64,000 nt of DNA from Setoptus koraiensis (taxonomy: Eukaryota; Animalia; Arthropoda). Within the stretch, counting starts at the first letter, position 1; the number at the start of each line of letters is the position of its first letter. Shown in pieces: positions 48,122-59,256 of the stretch. Below the pieces are notes generated by a model. The model was not told the DNA's origin, searched no databases, and saw nothing but the letters and a program-made list of their open reading frames with translations. The position numbers and the translations under genes are program-made. The stretch is taken from positions 15,376,001-15,440,000 of the forward strand of contig CM106586.1 in NCBI GenBank assembly GCA_048013815.1, read 5' to 3'.

Positions 48122-48835
48122 TCATGCACTTCCAGATTTAAGATCGAAAGGGTAGCGCCATGCCCTAAATTTACGTCCGGCCACTTCCGACCATTTGAAA
48201 CTGTATGTGGGGGGCATATCAATTAGTGTCTCTCTAATCAAATGACAAATAATTGCGGCCGAATAATATGGCGCAACGGGTTCGCTACTAGTGATGACGA
48301 GCTTATTGAACTGTTCATCGTCAACATTCTCCTCCTTGGCTATCTTCAATAGATCTATGGCGTGTGGCAAAAAGAGAGGCCTGCACAATTGTGACGATCC
48401 TATGTAATTCGCATCTCCCGGTTCGCCTAGTAGTTTGACTAATCTGTTATTGCTCCTCAAATATTGGTTTAAATTATATAAAAAATCTGACTTGGCACGT
48501 TCATAGCCCTGATGCATACCAGCAATAAGATAAGTGACCTTTTTCATGTCAATCTCACTAGATGTAGGTACTCCTCTGAGCACTTGTAATATTTTCATCA
48601 ATTCTCTTGGCCAATGCTGACTCTTGCTTTGTAGACGAGCCTCACTGCCGTGACCGGCTTTCTCTTTGAGATTTGACATGAGGTTGCCATCACTCTGGTA
48701 CCATCTCTCAACATGATCATTAATATCGTGTATTTTTTTCAAAAATCGTTCCTGTCCTCTGACCATTACACAGTTCAAACTCATGGCCAACACAAAGGCC
48801 CCAAGAGCAATACTTATGGCATTGAATGGATGCAT
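48122..48835 (-). CDS. Unrecognised secreted protein, copy B, 237 aa, single exon
   Basis: Gap-free paralogue of copy A with both frames intact despite 59 substitutions. Signal-peptide-like N-terminus ending VRG-QE. AATAAA at 48019-48014 on the minus strand. Confidence 0.85.
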   Translation of the reverse strand: MHPFNAISIALGAFVLAMSLNCVMVRGQERFLKKIHDINDHVERWYQSDGNLMSNLKEKAGHGSEARLQSKSQHWPRELMKILQVLRGVPTSSEIDMKKVTYLIAGMHQGYERAKSDFLYNLNQYLRSNNRLVKLLGEPGDANYIGSSQLCRPLFLPHAIDLLKIAKEENVDDEQFNKLVITSSEPVAPYYSAAIICHLIRETLIDMPPTYSFKWSEVAGRKFRAWRYPFDLKSGSA

Positions 48836-51800
48836 TCTAGAAATAAATCACAGGGCCAATTCGATCAACGATGAAAGATTTCAATTTTTTATTGTCAAGT
48901 TTTCGCTTGCACTATATGATGCAGTATGTTAGAGGCGTTAGAGGTGTTAATTTATCAGTGTTCTATTGGACAAATTATGTGCAACGATATCTCGAATCCA
49001 GTGGGAAAAACATTCTTTAGCTACTCTAAAAAAATATCTCTGCGTATGGGAGCCGGGGAAGGTTTATTAATAGACCAACCTTTCATCAATGTCGCTTCAT
49101 CGATGCACTCGCTCACCGTTGTGCAACCATCTCATAGTGGATAGATCTCGCTGCGTCTATTGCGCCAGAAATCGCCATTTCGAGGGGCTCTACCTGTTGA
49201 ACATCTCCATTTGCACTGTAGCTATGTTGTAGCGGACCCGCTAATCTCGGTGTATGCGTTTGTTGTTTCCATGTTGTCATCTTTAGTCGAGTCTGCTCAC
49301 GTCTCGTGCGATAATAAATACATTGCACTGAACCTCAAGTTTATCGCTGTTATCGCTAGTCTGATTAATTAATTAATAGTCCTGCGGTGGCAAGACTGTT
49401 AATGTGTTTTGTTTATTGTTTTGTTTGCCAACTTTTGAGTCAATCAGCGACTTATTTTTATTTATGAGTGCAAATACATACACAAAATGCAAATCTCGCC
49501 ACAGTTGACACACGATGAAATTTGTTAGTCTCTCGATTAGAGAGTCTCGAATGCAGAAACGAGCTCGTTTCTCACCGCTCATCTGCATGCTTGATTAGCT
49601 AACGGTTATAACGGTTCGTGCTGGATTTGCGACAATAAAATCAAATGATAATGCATTACATGTACACTTTCCCCCAGTTCAAGCGTCTTTGTTGCGTCAT
49701 TATTGCATGTAGCTCGAGCCAAGTGAAATGTGTGCCTATCCAAGTATTTATCTGCGATACATGAATGTGTTGACTTGTGAAAATGTTGCCAAGTGAATAT
49801 TTAAATGGGTGAATAGTAAGCTATGCAAAAATTGTTCACGACTTAGGCTCCATCTTTGATCGCACAAAGTAAGCTAGCTGTTGTTTCTTTCCACCATCAG
49901 CCACGTTTGTCACTGAAATCGACATGTAGGGTGCGCCACATGTCGTCTAGGTCACTTAAACTTTATATAACAACTATATAACTTGTATGTCGCGGGTCAC
50001 TAAAGTTTCTCACTGGATCGAGCTGTTATAAGTGCGACCATCGGGCCTATAAATTCATCTATAAATTCATCGTGTAGGTGCACCCAAACGGGCCCCCATA
50101 CCGCAGCCCAACAACCGGCGGCAGCATGTGTGATAAGTCGCCGGTTGTTATTACCAGTTTGTTACCAGTTAGTTACCAGTTAGTTGTAATTGGCTCGACA
50201 ATGACAACCGGCTCGCCGGTGCCAGCCAGCGAGCAGACCGGCGCACAGTGCACATGATAGTATACAAAGGGGCCTCTTTGGGGCCCAACGGACGATGGCG
50301 CCCGACGGACGATGGCGCCCGACGGACGACGGCGCCCGACGGACGATGGCGCCGGCCAAAGTTGGCCGTTATTTATTTAAGTGAGTCGTATGTTTTCACT
50401 TCAATTTGCTGATTGCGCAATTATTTGGCCTGAGTTTGCTCGCGCGCTTGTCGGTGCGTGCAAACTCAAGCCAGTTTCTCGGTTTGTGAGGCCTATATTG
50501 AGGCGACGCTGGCGACACTGAATCGGAGTGGCGAAATCGAGCCGCGTAAGTCACCGTTACACAGTAACGGCCCCGGTGACACAATGTGCATAATGTTGCG
50601 CCAACAGTGTTGCGCAACATTCGCGTGGCTACACTTGTGAGCAGGACAAGTGTGCGATATTGGTGTGCGATATGGGTGCGCGATATTGTTGTGCGATATG
50701 GGTGTGCGATATTGGTGTGTGTGCCGAGCAGTGTATTATTGCGCCGACACAACGACTACAACGACCAAAGCTAACAAATTGCCTTTGTTAGTTAGTGCTC
50801 ATATACGGCGCGGTGTATAGTGTGTGTGTGCCCACATTATGTAATTTGCGCGCACATTTGCGCGCACAAATTACATAATGTGCGCAATTTATTGTGTCGG
50901 CGCAAATGTGTTTCACTTACAGTCAAATGGGGCCAATTATTTAACTGGCGGCCCCATTTAACGAGCCGGGCGCCCATTTGACAATTGGCCCGAGGCTGCA
51001 GTGGGCAGTGTTTTTTGAGCGACACTGTGCACGACAATGTGTAGAAATCAATGGCTGTTGTTATCATTCAATTTTAGGATGATTTGCAGCGCATTTATTT
51101 ATCTGTCGCCGGCCACTTACCGCTTACAACTGCGCTCTTTGCGCTCACCATGCTCGCATGCCACAATTGGTCCGGCGACCGGCCCGACGGGGCCGACTGG
51201 CTGGCCGTCAACGGTTCGAGGCCAATCGGGCCAATTAACGAGCCGCACGAGCCGCACAAATTAACGGCCCCAAAGTCAACTGGCGTCGTTGCGTGGCATC
51301 ACATTCGCGCCCATTGGATGGCGCGGATGCTGCTGCGGACGGGCGACGCGGACGGACGGTGCGGACGGGCGGTGAGGACGAGACGGCGGGACGGGACGGC
51401 GGGACGGGCGACGCGGACGGGACGGCGGGACAAGGGATGCGTCGCAAGGCGACGTTTACGAGCCACGGGCAACTGTTAGTGGCAATAAGTGGGATATTGT
51501 GTGTGATCAAGCGATCGTTTAATGATCATCAACGTTGGAGTGTTTGCTCAAATTAGTGGCAAACATGATAGTTGCATTGACCAGTTGACAACGGGCCCCG
51601 GCACCACGGGCAACTCAATACCTAGCGGCCACCTAGCGGCTGGGGCCAATCACTTTAGATTGGCCACTTTCAATGGTCTCTGTCAGTGTCAACAGTTATA
51701 GTTGGTTGCGTAATGCGGCGTCGGGCGCGCATAGGGTACATTTGGCAACAACGTTTAAGCGCTCGCTTTATGTTACTATTTATATATTATCATTATATTT

Positions 51801-52290
51801 ATCACTCTGTCGCCGCTCGCTGCGCACACTGACAATATATATACGTATACAGGCACAGAGTACAGCGACAGAGTACAGCGACAGAGGTTTGCACGTGCAA
51901 GCACGCGCAACTTTGCCGCTTGCGCACACTCAACTGTGTGGACGCGCAAACTATCAACGCAAATGCACTTCGTGGCCCGTCTTTATTATTGCCACTATTA
52001 CGCAACATTGCAACTACTAAAATGCGATCACAGCGACGACAAATTGCCGCCGCCAGCTCACTTGAGCCAGCAACGACAGCGACAACAACAGCAATAGCGA
52101 CAACAACAACAACAGCGACAACAACAACGACAGCAACGACAGCGACAACAACAGCGACAGCGACGGCCTAACGGGCAATTCAAGTCGAGTTTGGACTCAA
52201 GTTCAAGTCACTCACACAACAATTTTGGCCGCCAGAGTGGAGCATGTCCATTATGTAATATTGATTGGTCCGGCACAAGCCAAACTGCCC

Positions 52291-52291
<1 letters not shown>

Positions 52292-52367
<76 letters not shown>
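52292..52367. repeat. (AC)38 microsatellite
   Basis: Direct reading. Confidence 0.96.
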
Positions 52368-52370
<3 letters not shown>

Positions 52371-54890
52371 GACAAACAAAGCTGCACAAATAATAAATAA
52401 TAATCAGAGAGATAAAAAAGCGCCCCATCGCCGGCATCGCGTTACTCGTATGCTGGCCGCGTCGCGCTCGTGCTTGCGTAACTGTCAATTGTCGACATTG
52501 GTCAACATTGGCCAGCTGAGAGCAATCCGAAGAGTCGCAATCCAAATATCCATTATAACTGTCACAAATCGAGTGTTTGCTCAACGTGTGACACATTATA
52601 CACGCCAACACACGCCTACAACTATCAAGATCAACTCGGTCTAAGTGAAGCAAATCAAACAACAACAACAACAAGTCGATATTCACTGTGCGAATCACGA
52701 TTAAATGGCCCATTCCGTCGGGCTGACCAACGCCAACAATTAACTGTCGTCGAGCCAGTCGGGCAGCCAGTGGCCGCAAACGGGCCGTTGACGCGAGCGA
52801 CTTTGAGCAGCCAACTCGCAATAGTTAGCTTCTGATTGAATCTGATCAGATCTGTCGATCTGTCAACTGCGTGCGGTCTGTCAACTCTGTCAACTGCGTG
52901 CGATCTGTCAAAAAGTCGAAAAGTCAAAAAGTCGAAAAGTGTCGGATCGTGCGGACTGAATCCTTGTTACAACATACCTAATCACGGCCAACGGGCTGCA
53001 ACGACAACCGCAACCGCAACAACAATTGCAACAGCGAGACAGAATGCGGAAACATAGCATGAGCTTCAGATGTTAGATATTATTTGAAGATAACAAGTCA
53101 CAATTTAATCATCATCAGGCACCACGACAGCCACACATGAACTCGCAACTCACTCGTAATCAGTTAGATAACAGCAACAACAGCAGAGAAAAATAGATAA
53201 GTCTGATTACATTACACATCAGGCACGAATTGGCAACATTTGGAATACATTACGCAACAATTTGAGTAATTTGCATCGCATTGGTGACTTATGGGTAGTG
53301 GACTTGCAATTGTCAGCGAGCGACATTGTTCATATTGTGATTGGTAAGTATCGCTGTTGATTTATCTATTTATATCGTCCCATTTCATGCCATATCCATG
53401 TGTGTGTGTTGATAATGCAACAGTGTGGCGACAATGAAAATCAGTGTCGCTATCTGTTCTATCTGGATATCTATGCCAGCGATATCTAAAATCTGACAGC
53501 TTGTGAGAGCTTGTGTCTGATTGCGCTCTCGCAAGCTGTCAGATTTGTTGCGCGAGGCAACAAACGAACGAGTTACAATAATCACATATCTATTATAAAT
53601 CGCTTAATATATTAATAATAGTAATAACCAATTTATACTTATATAATGGCACAATATGAGAGAGGCAATTGTCAATGCCAATTGCCGTTATCGTGTCACT
53701 GGTAAGCATTGTCATTTGATTGATTTGTCGGTGATGTGAATCATCACATTATCACAAACGGAACCAACAATGTAGTGTGTCGTCTAGTCTGGTCGTATCG
53801 AGTGCTGTGTAACCAGAGTGGTAGTAGTAGTAGTTGTTGTAATAATTTAACTATTATGATGATGATTAACTTAATTGATATAGTGAGTCGGTTATTAAAT
53901 TTCTTCTTTTTCATTCCCATTCGCTCAATGGTAACAAATGATTTGTTGTTATATCATCATTTATAATGATATAATATTTGACATAATCGCAATATAATAT
54001 TTGACATATTCGCAATATAATATTTGATATAATCGCAATATAATATATATAATATTGCAATATTATAGCCACAAATAATGATACTTTGTTCTGGCCACAC
54101 ACAGCCTGTATTCTGTCATGGCAATCGCATTATCTTGCCAATCGCTAACATACAATGTTATTAAAAGGCGCTCGAATGGCGATTAGTATCAATCAATGTG
54201 ATTAGTGTATCATCGTCTATGTACCATTATAATAATATAACAATGCGAGTGATATCAATTTAACTGTGCGCCCATTTTGTAAGCTGCTGATTGGGCTATA
54301 ATCGTCATTATCATAACTAATCATCAATATGAGCAGTCGCCCGCAGCTAGCCACACAAAGTGAGAGATCAGCAATAGTAATTAATTAATTATTGTCACAC
54401 ACAGCACACTGTAATTATGACAATTAACTCAAACTCTTTCTCTCATTGATCGAACTCTCTTTTTCTCGTCAATCAAACTCCCTGTCTCATCAATCAAATT
54501 CTTGTTCGCCAGGCACTCTTTTCAATTTGGTTAGACGAGAATATTGACACTGATTTTGGCACACAAAGCTCGCCATTGTCTATGGTGATGCCAAAAGTGT
54601 CAACGACCATCTCTCCATACTCACTACACAAACAAAACTGATTAGTTTCACACCCACACACACACACAAATAGCGCGTCAATCGGATCACGTCTTGTTGT
54701 TGTCGTCGTTTACAAAATTATGACAAGGTATTATCAGCGAAACAATTGTGACAATAGTAATAGCAGATCAGCATCACCATTAACTTTATTTGACAAGACG
54801 ACAACACATAGAGGACGCTCTGACAACAAGGCAGCGGCCTCAACAACAATTGCTAAATTCACAAGTCGCAAACAGCAAAATATTGGCACA

Positions 54891-56994
54891 ATGTCCAACT
54901 TTTGCATTGAGGCTCTCCTCGATCAGGCCCCCAATCACTCGCAAACAAACAACACTGCCACTGTTGCCAATTACAATGGATTAGCTGGCGTTGTTGGGGG
55001 CGCCGTCGGCGCCGGCCAACAGTCGCCGCAGCTAATCTCTGCTCATCATCGTCACCTGCTATTGGATCAACAGCAGCAACAACAGCAGCAACAACAACAA
55101 CAACAACAACAGTTTTTTCTTCAGTCTACTCTGGCCGCCGCGGCCGCCGCTCAACACAACCACCTATTGCATCACCACCAGACATTGCAGCAACAGCAGC
55201 AACAGCAACAACAACAACAACAACACCATCACCACCACCAACAACAGCAACACTATCAACAACAACAACAACAGCAACAACAAATGATGCAACGACAATT
55301 AATCGCCGCCGCCGCCTATTGTAACAATGGCATGGATAGTGGAAAAAATAACGGCGACAATAAATTGTGCGCATCCTCGTCATCGGCGTCATCCCCGTCG
55401 TCGTCGTCGTCGTCGTCGTCATCTCACAGGCATCACAATAATCATGCCATCGACTCATCTAGTCACGCCGACACAAACAACAACCAATTATTGCAACATC
55501 ATCACCAACAACAGCATAATCTCAGCAGCATTATTGCGTCATCGCAACAAATTAATCAACATCAACGTTTAGTTATTAATCGCAACAACAGTGGCGCTAG
55601 TAGCAGCAGCAGCAGTAGTGGCAGCGGAAGTGGCAGCAGGGACAGTGGCAGTTGTGGCTCTACGCCACCCAATCACGTTGCGATAGACGCTGCAAACAAT
55701 CAGCAAACAACAACCACGGCAACCACCGCAACACCAACAACAGGTCAACTAAACTGCGCAAACCAAATTAATCAGCTGCCGTCGAGCGCTGCGTCCAGCT
55801 ATCCGCCAACAGTGGCGTCGTACCTAGATCTGGACAACAGTAGCTTGCCATCGTCAGCTGATCAGCGCTCATTGGCTGCGGCCACAGTTTCGTCGTCGTT
55901 TGTCGCCTCAGTGTATCGACTTCATCAGCAACAACAGCAACAACAACAGCAACAGCTGTTGCATCAGCAATCACCGGCCAATCATTATCATCATCATCAT
56001 CATCATCATTTGACAGCAGTAGCAGCAGCAGCAGCAGACTCGTCACAGCTGATGATGACAGCACACAGACAGCTCATGACAGCCGATGACAGGCCCAAAT
56101 CAGCTGACAGACGATCATCTGTTCAATTCAATCAAGCGGCCTATAACAGCAACGACCAACAACAGCAAGCAAGCTCTAACAAGCAGCCCTCACCTGTGCT
56201 GTCGTCAAAGTCGTCGTCGTCGCCCGCCTCGTCGTTGTCGTCGCTGTCGCCATTGTATCAATCAAAATCGCAGCCACAGCAGCGAACAACAACAAAAACA
56301 AAGTTACAACAAACAAACACAAACAAGTCACTGTCGTCTGGCCCCATCAACAACAACAACAACAGGCAAAATATTGCGTCATCGCTGTCGCCCTTGTCGC
56401 TGTCCGTTGGCAAGCCGCTGTCCTCGGACACGGTCACCAATTTGCTGGCTAACGCGACCTCTCACATCTCAAGTGATCACCAAAAATTGTCTCAAATGGA
56501 CAGCGCAAATTGTTGCGCCAACACCGCCGAACAGGTGAGGCCCATCAATTCGACAGGTGAGGTGACGGGCGCCAAGAAGGACGTAGAAAACGAGTCGGCA
56601 TTCACTGGTGACACTGGCGGCAATATTGCGCAACCGGACAACGACAACAACAGCAACAACAATGGCTCAACAGCAGCAGCAGCAGCCATGCACCACCACC
56701 ACCACCACCAACAACAACAGCAGCAACAGCAACATATTAAAATGCAACAACAACAACAACAACAATTTCATCATCACCACCAACAAGCCAGCTCAAGCGA
56801 CACCCTGGCCGCGGTCGCCGCGGCCGCATTCGCCAGCACGGGCCTGCCCCTTGATTGGCCCCATTGGCAGGGCCTGTTTTATCACCATCAGCAGCAGCAT
56901 CATCATCACAGCGCGGCGGGCGCGGTTGCGGGCCTGGCCCCCAGGACGCACGGGCTGTTGTCGCCGTCGGCGCTGGCCTCGGCCACTGGCGCAG
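54891..56994 (+). CDS. MNX1: Mnx/HB9 (exex) homeobox gene exon 1; an upstream in-frame ATG at 54720 is possible
   Basis: Starts MSNFCIEALL, an eh1/Groucho-binding motif like the HB9 N-terminal NFRIDALL. Long poly-Q/H/S/A/N tracts and a PLDW...GLFY motif. Phase-1 donor GCAG/GTAAAT matches the phase of exon 2. Confidence 0.82.
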
Positions 56995-59104
56995 GTAAAT
57001 ATCATATATTATCGCAATCATTGTTGCATCATTGTGTCGTTTCTTTTGCCGAGATGGCCGCCGGTCATCGCTCGAGCCGGCGGTCATCGCTCGAGCCGAG
57101 GATCGTCGCTCGAGCCGAGGCTCGTCGCCACGAGTCAGACCGGCCATCGATCATTAGCCTAATTGATGCCGGCGTGAGGGCCAGCGGAACGGCTCAATCG
57201 GGCGATCTCACGATCGGCTAGCCGCTATATAGCGTGATCACAATTGTGACTCTGTTACACAACAGTTACATAGCCGGCGACATATTGTGTGTGAAGCGAT
57301 ACACACGTGGCCAATAATCTATTTATTGTTGGCCTATCCATTTCGGCGCATTTCGTCGCCTTTTGTCGCGTTTCGTCGCGTTTCGGCGCATTTCGGCGCA
57401 TTGTCGAGCGTTCGCCGGAGAGTTTGTGTCACATACAAGTGGCCCCAAACCCTTGAGAGGCGACAATTGGCCAGCCTAAGTTTCAAGTTGCAACGGGCAG
57501 CGGCGGCGGCGGCAGGGGCCTGATTGAGATTAGTTGTTGGGCGTACGTGCCGTGAATGCTCTATTACTATTCATGGCCCCTGTTATTATCATGGCATGCT
57601 TATCACATAATAATCGGCTCAAGCGGCCCCATGCCAGTCGCAGCCAATTGTAGCTGATTGCTGATTAACAGCTAATTAGATAGAGAAATAGTAAATAGTA
57701 AATAGAGTGAATAGTAAATTGTAAATAGCCGCCGGCCAACAACTCACTCAATGTCGTTGCTGTCGCTGTTGTTGTTGCTGTTGCTGTTGTTGCTGTTGCC
57801 GTTGTTGTGAATGGGGCCCGGCATGTGAATTAAAGTTAAATTGAGTTGAATGGGCGCTCATTATTGCACTGTGTGGTGCGATACTTTTTAAACTGAGCCA
57901 ACGCTTGTGTCAGTGAGTGTGTGTGTGTGATAGCGGCCAATTGTCGTCCGTTCAACAATTTAGCAATTGGCCCAATTGGCCCACAATTGCCTACTGGGGC
58001 CCCGTCGCAATCAATAGCGAATTGTGTGAGCGCGTGCGATCAACATTAGTTGATTAATTCACTTAAATGGGCACATGGTTGTTGTTGTTGTTGTTGTTGC
58101 TGGTATCAGCCAATTGTGGCACAACTTGTGCCAGCCGATGGTAATACCAATGCAATTGATACGACGACGACGACGACTCTCTGGCTCAATTGCCAATTGC
58201 GACCCACACGGCTGACAATGTTGATAATGCGGATAATTTAACCGGACCCATAAGCCACACCCATGAGCGGACCCACGAGCCAGATAAATGGGGCATCTCA
58301 AGTGAAGTGAATTGAGCGCTGACAGCAGCAAACAAATTGCTTGATTTGCTTGTTTGCCGGCGGTTTTCGGGTGACTGAGCAGCGCGGCTCCGCTCCCCCG
58401 GCTCCGCTCGGCCCCTTGGCTCCTCTGGGGCCGGGCCGCCGTGTTTGTCGGGGCCGGATTTTATCTCTGCTTGGTCGACGTCGCCGACGCCGCCAATATC
58501 GCCGACGCCGCCGATGTCGCCGACGCCGCCGATGTCGCCGATGTCGTTGGCCCGGCCGGCCGAAAGTGAGCGCCGCTCTCTGACGTTTATATTTTCATTT
58601 CATTTCAATTCGATTCGTTTTATTTAATTTTGTTTATCCCGCTCTCTAGTGGCCCCAGCGGCTGCACTGATTGACAGCCGGCGACCGCTTGTTTGCGCTC
58701 GCCTTTGATTGAGTGAGTGCCACCATCGATTGGCACCTAATTGGCGCCCCAATCACCCCACTGCAACGGCCACTTGTGCCGGGCGCCACGTAACGGATAT
58801 TCATACTAACCCCCATTTCTCTGTGCTACATTTCTCTGTGCTCTATTTCTGCCGATTGCGCCAATTGCGCCAATTGTGCCGATTCCGTCAATTGTGCCGA
58901 TTGCGCCAATTGTGCCGATTGCGCCAATATTCCGTCAATTCCATCAATTGTGCCGATTGTGCACCCCCTCATTCCAACTACGCAATGCAACGACGATGAT
59001 CGACGCAACCACCGACGCGCAAAACGGCACAAACTGCGCACGACATCGGACACACGGACGCCGGATAAAATAATCGCCCCAACAAACAATCGGACAACTG
59101 ACAG
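56995..59104 (+). other. Intron 1 of Mnx/HB9, 2110 nt
   Basis: GT...AG. The AG at 59103-59104 is the only one between an in-frame TAA (59071) and the homeobox. Confidence 0.78.
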
Positions 59105-59256
59105 GCGCGCAACTGTTGAGCAAGACGCGACGACCGAGGACGGCGTTCACGTCGCAGCAACTGCTCGAGCTGGAGAACCAGTTCAAGTCGAGCAAGTACC
59201 TGTCGCGACCGAAGCGCTTCGAAGTGGCCACCAATCTCATGTTGACGGAAACTCAG
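59105..59256 (+). CDS. MNX1: Mnx/HB9 exon 2: homeodomain helices 1-2 up to ETQ
   Basis: (G)[50 protein letters not shown] is diagnostic of the Mnx/HB9 homeodomain. Phase-0 donor CAG/GTGAGT directly before the expected VKIWFQN. Confidence 0.95.

Larger units (their letters stand above)
46509..49153. repeat. Direct tandem duplication: about 46509-47721 and about 47943-49153, with a 221-bp unique spacer
   Basis: Similarity extends past both CDS ends, from AATGAGTCATGTCCGCC (46509/47943) to GATCTCGCTG (47712/49144). Confidence 0.9.

Noticed and set aside
46509-49153. Horizontal or viral origin of the secreted pair, suggested by the composition shift
   Set aside because: RRP15 and REXO5 show the same AT-richer, repeat-free composition, the genes have eukaryotic polyA signals, and no mobile-element ends are visible.
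57000-57221. C-terminal 75 codons of the 833-aa ORF, and the tail of ORF 59116-59445 after ETQ
   Set aside because: Both are read-through into introns past phase-compatible donors. Homeodomain similarity stops exactly at the 59256 donor.
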